Below are positions 50,141-62,726 of a DNA stretch of 64,000 bases, piece by piece. This DNA comes from Leucoraja ocellata (Eukaryota). How positions within the stretch are numbered: the stretch's first letter is position 1; each line of letters starts with the position of its first letter. The stretch spans positions 186,001-250,000 of the forward strand of contig JAWMAR010000325.1 in the NCBI GenBank assembly GCA_036785375.1, in the 5' to 3' direction. The notes below the pieces were generated by a model, which searched no databases, was not told where the DNA came from, and saw only the letters and a program-made list of their open reading frames with translations. The translations under genes and the position numbers were made by a program.

Positions 50141-52924
50141 CATGATTCTAAAATTCTCACTGTTCCCACGTCCAACTAGAACTGTTCTTCCAATGTCATT
50201 TCTCCCACTAGAGGGGATGAGATGCCATTTCCATTCACTTTGTGTAGCCAAGTATTAGTGGTCTGTTTTAAAAAGTAGTGAAAAAAAAAGAATTGTGAAG
50301 GCAGTGTTTTGAATGTACAGGTAATAGCAAAAAGTTTAAGTGACAGTGCCTATTTTAATTCCACACATGCGCAGAATAAATAGTTCATACTGGTAAGGGT
50401 GTTGCAATGTTAAAGGGAACCTGCTACCAGCAAGACCTGAATCAGCCAGACTGAATGAGTTCCTCTAGGATGAGATCATGGAAAGGTAAAGTCTTTATTT
50501 TTGATAAAAAGGCATTTTGCAAACACATAGGAGGAAATGGGCAAATAAATAAATTACTGATTCTATCTGAGAGGAAATGGGAACTACGATATCAGAAAGT
50601 TAAAGAGAAAAATTCACTAGTTATCAGCGGCTGCACAAAAGATGGATAAGGGAATAGGAAGCAGAGGAGAGCAGGAAATGGAATAAGCAACAGGACAGAG
50701 AAACAAGGTTGAGACAAATTAATTAATCTGGGTGGAAACTCAACAAAATAGGAGAGATAGACGCATGAAAATGAAGCAAAATGATATAGAAGATATGATA
50801 TGCTAGATATATCAGAAGTGTGTAAGATACAGGATGGAAAGAGCAGGAATCAAAGTAAAACACTTTTCAGAGGCTGGCTGGCTATTTATCTAGCCTGGTT
50901 GATTTCCTCAAGCCAGAACTGGTCTTGTTTATTTTCCTGGTGACCTGAACATGAGTAATTAAATCCCATCTGTCAAGGCAATTCAGCTGCACACTGGCAG
51001 GAATATGTGTATTCCGTGGCTGTGGCAGTGTAAGGCATCATCACCATAGCATGAATGGCGGCTGCACAAATAATGAACAAAGATTCATTCACTTACCATT
51101 CCTCTAACTATTTTTTTTTAATTTCCTAACAAACATGCCTAACTTTGTCTGTCTGCCTCCCCAGGAGAAGAAAGCAAATCAATTCAAGTGCAGGGAGTGA
51201 AAGGGGTCATGAACATACACAGCACAATGGATAACCAACATAATGCCAGATGTACCTGCAGCAGCCCAAAATTCTAAGTTATCGTCTTGATATTACTGTG
51301 TGCAACTAGAGCTGATTCCGAGAATGGGAAACAGAAATAATCTCCAAAATATTGGAAGGAGAGCAAGGGGAAGGATGGAAGAAACACAGGAACTGATGTA
51401 GACCTCAAGCACCTGAGAATAAAAGGCTATAATAGATCAATTAAATTTCACATTGTTTGTCTTTATGATGTCATGAACGTTGGTGTCGATTCATTTTCTT
51501 GTAATATTCAACCACTGTCAGATACATAATTGTATGATGACAAGGAACTAGATGAGTGTTGTTGTGTTTGAACATTGTGAACATTTCACAAAAGAGGTCA
51601 AGTGTTATACTTGGGAATTAAATCATATTCAAAGAAAAATGAGTCTTTAAATATAGTAGAGTGGTCATCTTAGCATTAAATCGTCATGAAAATTATAAGT
51701 AATTAATATATGATTATCTTCCTCTTTTGCCTAACTGTCGCATAAAAATTATATCAAAAGAATGCATAAATATTTTCCTGCATTACAACAATGGCTATAC
51801 TTCAAAAATACTTTGGGATATCCTGAATTTATATCCTTGATATCCTGGATATAAATTCAAATCTATTTTTAACCACGGCTCACAAACATTTCTGTTAACT
51901 CAGCGCAAAGGCACACTAATTCAGAGCATTGTGCTCAAAGACAGCTGCTCAGCTACTTTTTAAGCAGACGCCTTCCAAACGTGTTGGAAGGCACCATCTC
52001 CCAAGCATTGACCACGTCTAAATACCACGTCTGATGCAATAAAAAAAAAAGAGTGATATTGGAATGCAGGCCACGCAATATCTCATTGTTCAGAAAAACA
52101 TTCAGCAGGACTTCTGATCTTACTGGACTGGTGACTGGAGGAGCTCAGAATGCAAGCATGCTGAACTTCTCAGCAGAAACAACCTGTGTTCCCCTTGTGG
52201 TGAAAATTAATGAAAATCCTCTGGCATGAGAGGAAGTGGGACTGCCTCAGGCAATAACTCAAGGCACATACATTCGTGTCATCTGAGCAATTTACAAAGT
52301 GGACTTCCTGGCATTAACAGATGCTTTTTCAGCCAAAGCGGATTCTAATTGGTCAGTCTAGAGCAATTTGTGTAAGGAGGGCAAACTGGCACAGTACAAA
52401 GGAAATGCACAAACCCATCATATTTTCATGGGGATAGTACAGAATCAATTGGGTTACAATCTATTAACTTGTTTGGACAATGATGCCAATATTCAGGTCT
52501 GCCTTGTCACTGATCCACACAAAGATTGGAATATATCTGAGTTGTTCGGTTTAAGGATACATTTAATCTAATATGTTTAGATAAAATAGATTTTATTTTC
52601 ATTGCGTTTGGTTGAATACTTAACTTTGTATTGCTTGTCTGATCACTCGAAAACTCAGATTTACGACTGGAGCCAGCAGTAAATGTGAGGAGACAAGCGT
52701 ATTTATCTACCTTCAGTTCTCTGCCACCGACTTGTGTTTAGCTGTCTGTACATGCTGGGAGATGAAATATTCCTTCTCATGATTCACTGCTTTCTCACAT
52801 GCTTTGCAAAACAGCACACAGTTGTCTGTAAAGAATATATTGCTCCCATACACTCTCACCAAATCGTTCAATTTTTTACAAGACGTTGACTTGACTTTAG
52901 GCATTTTGACGCTTGGAGGGGTAG

Positions 52925-53470
52925 ATCCTACAGGAGCAGCAATGCAGACCTCTACAGGCAGGCCAAGTACAAGCTGAGAAGAGGAATGAGAGCTGCCGAG
53001 GTAAGGTACTTTGAGAAGTTGAGGAGCAAGTTCTCAGCAAATGACTCTTCTTCAGTGTGGAAGGGCTTGCAAGAAATCACAAGCTACAAGAGGAAAAACC
53101 CTGGCTCCTTGGACAATCGTCAGCTGACCAATGACCTGAACGAGTTCTACTGCATGTTCGATAAACAACAACTTAACCCTGGTAGCCCCACACCCCATCC
53201 CCAACCAACACTTCACAACTACTCACAGCTTGAAGGTACACAAAAATGCTGGAGAAACTCAGCGGGTGCAGCAGCATCTATGGAGCGAAGGAAATAGGTG
53301 ACGTTTCGGGCCGAAACCCTTCTTCTACTCACAGCTTGACTCCAGTTTGAAAAGACTGGACCCTTCCCCAACTCCTCCTCCCCAATCACCACTTCACACC
53401 TAGTTAAAGTATGACTCCAGCCTGCAAAGACTGGACCCTTTCCCACACACCCCTCTCCAATCACCACTTA
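52925..53470 (+). mobile_element. Rex1/Babar-like LINE internal fragment
   Basis: ORF 52986..: YFEKLRSKFSANDSSSVWKGLQEITSYK...LTNDLNEFYCMFD, typical of the endonuclease-RT linker. Confidence 0.75.
53234..53324 (-). mobile_element. Penelope-like short element with 15-bp TSD, truncated within the hammerhead core
   Basis: Perfect flanking duplication CTACTCACAGCTTGA (53219-53233, 53325-53339); minus strand GAAGAAGGGTTTCGGCCCGAAACGTC. Confidence 0.8.
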
Positions 53471-56012
53471 CATCCACTTACAGCTGGGTTTCACCCCGGT
53501 GGTGTAAATGTTCTTGTAAGTTAAGTTAAGTTACGGCAAAATAAATTGTGAAAAAGGCATAATCTTCCTAAAATCATCAAAAAAGGCATGAAAAGGCACA
53601 TTGCATTTATGGTAAAATCCTGGCTCTAGTCATTAATAAAGGAAGCACATTTTGCTGTAAGCTTTCTGGTGCTAAATCCGTCCAAATTATGGCAGATACT
53701 GCAGTATACAAAATTAATTTTGGGCAAGATTTTCAAGCATGCTGGTTTGAACTACAGATGACACTGTTCAGTTACCAAAGATCCAGCATTTAATAACAAT
53801 GAAGGCTTGCTTTTAAAAGTCAGACACATCCCATCAGCAGCAAGAGGCAGAGTGCTGTACAGCTCTCTGCCTGAAAATCTGTAAATAAACTGACCCCAAC
53901 AGAATGTCTGTCCTCACATTCCTGTGGTTATCGCAGCTTTTCCCTCAAAACTAAAAAATCAGAAATGTGAAAAGAAATCCTTAAAAAAGAAATTGTTTCA
54001 TATTCATCAGATGAGAATTGAGTAAATAAAAAAACATTGGACAAATGGCAGAAGATTACTAAGGAGATGTCTAGAAGGCACGTATCCTCTGTGAATGGTG
54101 AGAATGCAAATGTTGTGTTCCAGGTGTGAATGCAAACGTTGCATTTGTTGAACTTTATCCACTTTGACAGCAGAGCTATTCTCTACACCTGCAATAGAAC
54201 GTGAATAATTAAGCACGTAAATGTCATATATCACTTGCGGTCTTGAAGAAAGCTTTTTGAGAGCGAGGGCGACCTTGAATTTGACTCTGAGAGAAGTACT
54301 TGCACTTGTGTTAGGTTGCTCGATAAACCTCAAATAGCAAACAAACGCAAGTGTCTGAAAATAGTCTCAAAGTCATTGTCATCGTTACCTTTGCTCTTGG
54401 AAATCTTAACAGGATTATTGTAGAATCTATCGAGATATGCCTCACATAGCACATTGCTGCTCGCTGAAAAGTGACAAATAGGACAGGGTAAGGGACCCTC
54501 CATTTTTGAAAACTTTTGTATTTGCCTACCGTGCCGGCCTCCCCAAGTGCTGGTCTTCACAGAGTTCCCACATTCCCTTACATTTATATTTTTGGAGGGT
54601 TTCTATTATTATGATGCCCTTTGTACAAGGAGACTGACCTGTGACTCAACTATGCTGCATTACCTGTGCAGGACCTTCTATTTTCTAGGAAGAACACAGC
54701 CACGCATCCTTCCATCCTTGTAGCTCGCATTCAATCCTTGCCAACACTCACCAGGATGAATGTGCTGGTTTTGTAGTGTCATTGTATCAGGATTATTGCC
54801 CAAGGTTAGAGTTGTGAGAGTAGCAGTTATTGACACAGGAAATTCCACCACTAATGCCTGATGTTCCTGGAACAGATTAGCACTGTGTGAGGAGCCTGCA
54901 AGCTGGTTCTTGGACTTGGGAGCAGTACATTTTATTATTTTAAATAAAAAGATATTTTTGATATAGGAAGATTGATCTCACTCTTTAATGCCAAAACAAA
55001 AATTACAAACTCAGCCCAATAAATCAAAGTTAAAAAACACACATTCTTCTTTGACCTTGCTCTTTCATTTCTCTGTAATCTATCCACACAATTCTGTTCA
55101 TTATATCTAACTTCTGCCACTGCATTTTGTGTAAGAAGGAACTGAGGTCACTGCATGTCTACATATTAGACTCCATATCCAGCTGTATCTAACCTCTGCA
55201 ACCACTTTGCTCCTACATCATAGTTTGCTTCACCTGACATCAGCACACTTTTGACCCTACAAGTTAGCTCATTTCACCTAATTCCTGGAAGTGCCATTTG
55301 TATCCTAACACAGCACCCAACTTCTGCATCATTTTGTGCTTAATATACAAATTCACAACATCTGATTTCTCCAGTCTCTCAAACTCTTAAGATGTAACAT
55401 TATGCGCCAGATGTTCAGAATTCTTGACTTACACTTAATACTCCATTATACAATGGAATTAATAGATCAGGATGATTAAAAAAAGCAAGAAAGGGAGTTA
55501 AAATCTATAGCTGAAAATAATTCAGGCCTAATTAACAGCAATTCTTGCCAACACATGCCTTGGCCAACATCATACAATTAACTGATTCTTCATCTATATC
55601 CCCATATGGGGTATCTTTTACATACAAATTAGACTAGTTCTGAAGTTACAACAGCGGCTGTACTTCAGAAATACTCCTCTGTGCATTGAAATCCTGGGAT
55701 AATAATAGGTCCTCAGTAAATACCAGTTTGCTCTGTAGCATGGAACATCCCCAGTTGATGCAAAATCAAATGGAATCATTACACTTAAAACAAATGACAA
55801 CTGCTGATGATATAATTTTGTAATGTTGCATGAAAAGTACATTGGGACATTCTTGCTTCCTTAAAAACACAATGTAAATGGGAGTTATTGTAGCTACCTC
55901 CTCGATAAGCAGCAATCCCACTTGTACTTATTATTAGCAAAAAATCTAATCAGTTACATTATTAGATAGGACAAGATTCTTGATAAATATCATTCAATTC
56001 AGGGCTACTCAC

Positions 56013-56093
56013 TGTAAAACTGTTGTTAACATTTTTGGTGCTGGATTCTGCAACACTGGCATCTGTTAAATCGACCTCATCAAATATGATGGA
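56013..56093 (-). CDS. DGKD: DGKD exon ~3 (PH) [27 protein letters not shown]
   Basis: 81 nt, cag|TCC...ACA|gtgagt, phase 0-0; visible in ORF 55962..56150. Confidence 0.96.
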
Positions 56094-56446
56094 CTGGAAG
56101 GAAAAAATACAAGACTTATTGAAAGCACAGTGCTGTACGTAAGAGACCAAGCAAATAGACGGAAATACATCATAGAAAGTCGAGCTGTGAAACTGGCCCC
56201 ATACCCACTGGCAATGAGATTAATGGTGTGGGAATACCCCACACTCCCATTAGTGAGATCAATAGGAGGATCTTATCTGAAACTTACATCGCAGTGATCA
56301 ATCATAGAATCATAAAAATGTTACGTCACAGGAGGCCCATTGTGTCTGTTGAAAAAGAACTACCCAACCTAATCCTACCTCCCAGTACTTACTCGATAGC
56401 CCTGCTCTTCACATCCAAGCACGGTTCTAAAGCATCAAGGGTTTCT

Positions 56447-57200
56447 ACAATACAATACAAATTACAATACAAATTGCCTTTATTGTCATTCAAACAAACA
56501 GAGGTTTGAACGAAATGTTGTTCCCTGCAGTCACAACATTAAAATAAACATATCACACAACTATCACAGTTTCACACAAACATCCATCACAGTGAATCTC
56601 CAAACACCTCCTCACTGTGATGGAAGGCAAAAGTCTTATCTCTTCCCTGTTCTTTGTTCTTCTCCCGCGTCAAGGCGATTGAGGCTCTTGATGTTAAAGC
56701 CCCCGGCGGGCGATGGTAAGTCCCGCGGCCGGTTAAGCCGCGCTGGACGATGTAAGACCCTGCGACTGGCCGATTCAAACCACGCGATTCGGGACAGGTA
56801 AAGTTGCCGTTGCGGGAGCTCCCGAAAATCAGTCTCCCACCAGTGACCTGGAGCTCCCGATTTTACCATCCACAGGGCCTGCGGCCGAAGCCTCCGAAGC
56901 TCTGCAGTCGAGTCGCAGCCGCCGTGCCACCACAGCCTCCGAGTCAGCCAGCTCCATGATGGTGAGTGAGTTCGACGGTAGGTGAGTAAGTGAGTCCGCA
57001 GGCTCCGCGACTGGAGCCCACAGGTCGATTCCGGTTGGAGGCCGCTCCACAATGTTAGGCCCCAGCGAAACGGAGACACGACAAGGAAAAGGTCGCGTCT
57101 CAGTTCAAGGAAGAAATTTAAAAGTTTAAAAATTCCCTGCACCCCCCCCCACACACATATACACAACTAAAAATAAACTGAAAACATACGAAAACATATA
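56447..57200 (-). mobile_element. CpG-rich non-autonomous retroelement with Rex/Babar-type 3' tail
   Basis: Minus-strand end atttcgttcaaac...gaatgacaataaagg followed by (ATTGT)n; GC/CpG-rich body unlike its flanks. Confidence 0.55.
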
Positions 57201-58760
57201 CACATTCTACTTCTACTACTCTCTCAGGTAATGAGTTTCAGACCTATACCATCCATTAAATGGATCATAAAAAACCCATAAATCTACTCCCCCCCCCCCC
57301 CCCCCCCCCCAAACCTCTGTCTATTACATTAAATCTGTGCCTTTTGGCTTTTGACTCTTCAGTTAAGGGAAATAGGTCCTTCTCAATCAGTCTGTGTAGT
57401 TTCCTCATAATTTTCAATGAATCATTTCCTCAGCTCCCTCTGTTGCAAAGAAAACAAACCCTATCGTATCTATTATTTCCTCATAGCTATATTTCAGTCC
57501 AGGCAGCATTCTCGACGATCATCTCTGTACCTTCTCCTGTGAAATCACTTCTTTCCTTCTAACACGGTGACCAAAAATGCGTGTAGAATTAGCTACTATA
57601 TCAAGCTAAAAGTTACCTAATATCTCTAAAAGAAGCCCATAATTGTATAACTATCCCCCCCCCCCCCCCCTCAGCCCTGTCCACTGTGATAATAAATGAA
57701 GAAGAATTAAGAGGTAAATCACCAGGTCCAGATGGGATACATCCTGAGCTAATAAAAGCACAACATTTGTAGAGGCACAGGATTGAGGATGACTTGCTTC
57801 CGCTTGGATTCTGTATGTTCAATGAGGATAATATGGGGGTTGCTGAGCCTTCCACAGATGGGGCAGTAGCTGCTTAACAGAGCAGCCTAACGATGGCTGA
57901 ATATATCTCCAGGAAATTTTCCCTGCTCTTATATTTTGTGCTTTGACTAAAAAAGGAAATAATACTATATCCTTTTTAATCACCTTTTGACCTGTTTACT
58001 TGCAACCTGTAATAATCTGTGGATATATACTACATGGTTGCTCTGTTCCTTCACATCCTTTATGATCCCATTTATTGTATATTCCCTTGCTTTGTTGCAC
58101 CTCCCCAAATGCATTAACTGGCACTTTTCTTTCTAACTGACCAGACTATCATGTCCTTCCTGCTGTAAAGCTTTCCACTCGCATGGTCAATTTTTGCATC
58201 ATCTGCTAAGTTTTTTATCAAACCGTATAAGTTTAGGGCTGAACTATCTGACAAAAATAAAATCGCTGAGTACTGAGGTCTTTCAATCACAAAAATAACA
58301 CTCATCAACCATCACCCGTTAGTTTTTGTCACTGAGAAATTTAGATCCAATCTGCCATTTCCATGGGGTTTAACTTTAGAGGGACCTTGTCAAAAAGCTT
58401 GTAAAAGTCATGCAGACTGCATCGAATGCACTGCTTTTGTCAACTTTGTTCATTTCTCAAAGAATTCAAACACATTTGTCCGATTCCCATTACAAATCTA
58501 TAAAGACTGCCTTTCATTAAGATATACCTACCCAAATTAAGGTTAATATGGTCCAAATGAAAACTAATAATTCTATCCAAAAATGATGTTTAACTGCCCT
58601 GTAATTAATTTAATCCCTTTTTCCCTTTTCTAAAAATGTACAAAATTGTGAGTCCGCCAATTCTCTGGCATTACTCTTTTATGCCAGGGAGGAATTAAAA
58701 CTGTAGTCAACGTTCTGCAATTTTCTCACTTCTTCTGACAGCATTGAATGTAATCTATCC
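57200..58760 (-). mobile_element. Degenerate CR1-like LINE fragments (mixed)
   Basis: KNLADDAKI (FADDTK-like) in ORF 58114..58308; gacttttacaagctttttgacaaggtccc (DFxKAFDKVP-like) on the minus strand. Confidence 0.55.
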
Positions 58761-58959
58761 CCAGTTATTTATCGATTTTCAAAGTGATAAACTCCTTTTT
58801 ATTTTCTTCTTCACTATGGGGTGGGAATAGAGTGATGGGGCTTATTTTGGAGAGGTGAGAGAGGAAATTTGATCTTTTGTCACATTACTAAGACGTACAA
58901 TGATCCAAAGATAAAATACAGTAAGATTAATGAAAGGTAGAACCCAACTCCAGCCCACT

Positions 58960-59260
58960 GAGGGCGGCACACAGCTAGTAGAGCTGCTGCAGAGTTCCAG
59001 GATTGATCCTGTCCTCGGTGCTGTCTACGTGGATTTTGCAATTTCCGCTGTGGAATTTTCCTCCAGGTCATTCTCCTACATCTGAAAGTTGTGTGGGTTT
59101 GTAGGTTACTTGGCCTCTGTAACTTACCTGTAATGTGTAGAGAGTGAATGAGAAAGTGGGATAACATAGAATTAAGAGTGAACGAGTGATCAATGGTCAG
59201 CGTGGACTTGGTGGGCTGAAGGTCCTGTTTCTCTATCTCTACAATGAATTAAAACTAAAA
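58960..59260 (+). mobile_element. HE1/V-SINE-like SINE
   Basis: gggcggcacacagctagtagagctgctgc...ggtgctgtc...gtgggctgaaggtcctgtttc. Confidence 0.75.
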
Positions 59261-61912
59261 TAATTATAAAGATTTATGAGTGAAATGGGAAGCAGTTCTG
59301 TCCCATTTCAGGAGATCTAATTAGGAGAGCTTAATGTACAATATCATCTTATAAATTCACTCCTAGGGAGAAAGGAGAATCATGTTCCTTTGGATATAAC
59401 AATAAATAATAATGTTCATATAACAAAAGATCATCATAGTATCAACTATTATTTTAAGAGAACTATTCTGCTACATGTTGGATTGGGAATAATAAGAAAA
59501 TTTGAGCTAGAGCACTGTGCCTCTAACCACTTCCTGCTTGAGCACATTACATTTTTGTTTGTCTTTAGATAGCTGCCAAATTATTGAGGCCTTTGGCCCG
59601 AGGAGCTGGAAATCTAAATTTATACCGTGTGAATTTGTAGATGGCACTAAACAGTCAGAAAATAATTTTCCAGTGTGTGTGTCATACTTAAACATTTCTC
59701 ATGACTGCAAACTATAGCGGCAATGTGGACAATCTGTTCGCTCCAAGAATTACCATTTCAGAACCAGTGGCTCAGAACAAATCTGTCACTTAGTAATAAT
59801 AAGAAGGCTATTGAACACGCTACAAATTGGTTTATATTAGAGAATTAAAACGTACTGTGCACTATACCATATTAGGATTAGGAGTGAGAGAAGCAATGTT
59901 AGTGGAGTGAGTTTATTTTGTTTAGAGCAGTAATCCGTTTTGTTAGCTGCTCCTACCATTCAGCCAAGAAATCTACTTGTAATGTGCTTTCACAAAATTA
60001 TAATACTTTGTACATTGATTATAGAGTTTGAGAATTGAACTGCAGCTAAACCCTAACCAAGCATGCCAAGAAGAGGACAATTAAAATAACACACATGAAG
60101 GAGGAAAAGGAGAAAGCAGGCTTTCAGGAATAGTGGCCATCAGCGATACAAGATCAAATTATTATCTACTACTTTGTGTGCTTTTTGGCTTTAATGAAAC
60201 TACTAGAAATTAAAACTCATTACAAATGGTCTCGGCATCCTTAAGACTGCTAACTAGTGATAATTCATGGAAAGTACCGTGTTTAGGGTGGGAGCATGAT
60301 CAGGACCTGTACATTATTTCATGCCTTCCAATGCCTTGAACCGTATTTTAATGCCTTCAACAGTATCTCCTTGTCAAAACCTGGCTCTTGACAAGACTCC
60401 ACCAAGAATCCCAAAGCAAAATACCCAAGAAATTGAAAAAGTGAAATCAAATATACTTTGGCAATACGCATCAACTTATCAGTGACGGGAAATATTGAAT
60501 CTGTTTCTCTCTTCACAAATGTCATCTAACGCTGAACATTTCCATCGTTTCCCGTTTTATTCCATAAATAGTCAATAACTTTTGCAAGATGAGGGGGAAA
60601 AAACTCACAAAAGATTGGGGAATGTATTTAAAAACAGCACAAATATAGTAAACAGATGGACTATAACCACAAATAAATGTGATGAGCAAAGCTTAAGATG
60701 TTGGCCTCAATATTAACCATCCCTTGACAGCAGGATAGTTAATACTGGGCCTTTAACTCAACCGTACTCATTTTTATGAGAGGGGTTAAAGTGCTGGGTG
60801 CAATTTGGATCCTAATATAAATTTAATTCTTGCCATATCTGTTTCTCTGAAAAACATGAACTTAAAAGGTTTTGATGGTTCAATAAGATTAGACTTTTAC
60901 TTCAGTCCATGTGAATTAGAAGCAGGAATGATTATCCCAAGGCTTTTAAGAACGTCATCCATTTTTCTCTGTTGATAAAAGCCTTTCAACATCACCAAAT
61001 CCTTATTACTCACTTGATTCCCTCCCAAAACACGTATCTTTGCCTATTCCCAACAAGCATTATCATTTTGCTTAAATATTACCTCTTTTTTCCCCTCCAT
61101 ATAGCCTAAACACTTGTACCTTCCCCAGTACCAAGGATGTTCTCAAAGGCATTTCAATATAGCGTTCTGCCCGCTTTCTCAACTTTGTAGCTTTTCATCT
61201 CAATTAGTGGAAAGGCAGGAAATTTAAGAAAAAACCTAAATTGGTTCTTCTTTTAAATTTACCCGGTATTCCAAGACCTTGATCTTATATTTTCCCTTTG
61301 TTAATTAACTTCCCCATCATCTGGCCATAAATACAGCGGGTTATTAAAAAAACACACAAAAGGGAATATTCATTTCTTTTGACAATTTGTTAAAAAAAAA
61401 ATCACATTCAGTTTTAAATTCTAAGAAAGTAATAGATTTGGATCCCATTCTACATCTATGTTTTCTGTAAACCAACAAAACCAAAACTTTCTGTCCACAA
61501 AAGGCTCCGCTTATTCGTCCAATTGTTTGTTGATCCTATTAGGTATAGGTCTTTCAACAATATCAACATAAAATTCTCACCATCATGTATAAAGATCTTA
61601 AAAACATTAACTCTTCCTCTTGCCATCCCTTTGACTCATTCAATTCCATTTTCCTCATCACTGATGATTATGTTTCCAATGAAAAGGCCATTCAATTTAG
61701 AATTCTTTCCAATATTCCTTCCAAAGGCAACACAGTAGCACAGCTGGTAAAGCTGCTGCCTCACTGTGCCAGAGACCTGGGTTTGAGCCTGACCTACTCG
61801 AAACGAAGTATCTCTAAACTTAACAAAACATTTTTAACTGCTTTACTTCTTTCAAAATAGTCCTCAAAACCCTTATCTGACCTACTTTCATTAGAAACAT
61901 AGAAAATAGGTG

Positions 61913-62100
61913 TTTAAGAAGCTACTGCAGATGCTGGAAAATCGAAGGTACACAATAATGCTGGAGAAACTCAGCGGGTGCAGCAGCATCTATGGAGCGA
62001 AGGAAATCAGTCTGAAGAAGGGTTTCAGCCTGAAACGTTGCCAACTTCCTTCGCTCCATAGATGCTGCTGCACCCCTGAGTTTCTCCAGCATTTTTGTGT
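61913..62100 (+). mobile_element. Penelope-like hairpin element with hammerhead core in its loop
   Basis: ~55-bp inverted arms (61950-62005 / 62046-62100) enclosing CTGAAGA-AGG-gtttcag-CCT-GAAA-CGTT; imperfect ~17-bp TSD aacatagaaaataggtg / aacatagaaaaaaaggtg. Confidence 0.75.
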
Positions 62101-62562
62101 AACATAGAAAAAAAGGTGCAGGAGGAAGCCATTCAGCCCTTCGAGCCAGCATCGCCATTCACTGCGATCATGGCTGATCGTCCCCAATCAATAACCCGTG
62201 CCTGCCTTCGCCCCGTATTCCTTGATTCCACTAACCTCTGGAGCTCTATCTAACTCTCTCTTAAATCCATCCAGTGGCCTCCACTGCTCTCTGTGGCAGG
62301 GAATTCCACAAATTGACAACTCTCTGGGTGAAAAAGTTTTTTCTCACCTCAGTCTTAAATGGCCTCCCCTTTATTCTAAGACTGTGGCCCCTGGTTCTGG
62401 ACTCGCCCAACATTGGAAACATTTTTCCTGCATCTAGCTTGTCCAGTCCTTTTATAATTTTATATGTTTCTATAAGATTCCCCCTCATCCTTCTAAACTC
62501 CAGTGAATACAACCCTAGTCTTTTCAATCTTTCCTCATATGACAGTCACGCCATCCCAGGGA
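62101..62562 (-). mobile_element. Relatively young CR1 (HER1-like) LINE 3' fragment
   Basis: ORF 62261..62527 LGLYSLEFRRMRGNLIETYKI...TRGHSLRI...FFTQRVVNLWNSLP is a canonical CR1 ORF2 C-terminus. Confidence 0.9.
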
Positions 62563-62726
62563 TCCCAGCATTTACATTTTGGCATAAAGATCACAGATGG
62601 TGTAAAATAAAAAAACTATTTGGGAAACCGTGTCGCACAGTCAACTACACCATGGAAAGTTCGGATAGGATAATGTCACATCTGCTGCTATAAAACCGTA
62701 AATGAAAATTTAGCATTTATTTTTAC

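Larger units (their letters stand above)
52600..53635 (-). mobile_element. CGGBP-type (hAT19-like) transposon 5' relic, interrupted by a LINE
   Basis: ORF 52713..52904 MPKVKS...FFTDNCVLFCKACEKAVNHEKEYFISQHVQTAKH is a CxxC...HxxxxxH zinc finger; terminal region 53500-53635 carries repeated AAAAGGCA motifs. Confidence 0.6.

Noticed and set aside
54007-54560. Two abutting minus-strand ORFs resembling a frameshifted pseudogene
   Set aside because: No recognisable protein family, non-ATG starts and no splice support; cannot be supported without a search.
56587-57166. Overlapping ORFs up to 176 aa and a CpG-island-like composition suggesting an internal promoter
   Set aside because: They lie within a retroelement with a LINE-type tail; ORF length is explained by high GC.
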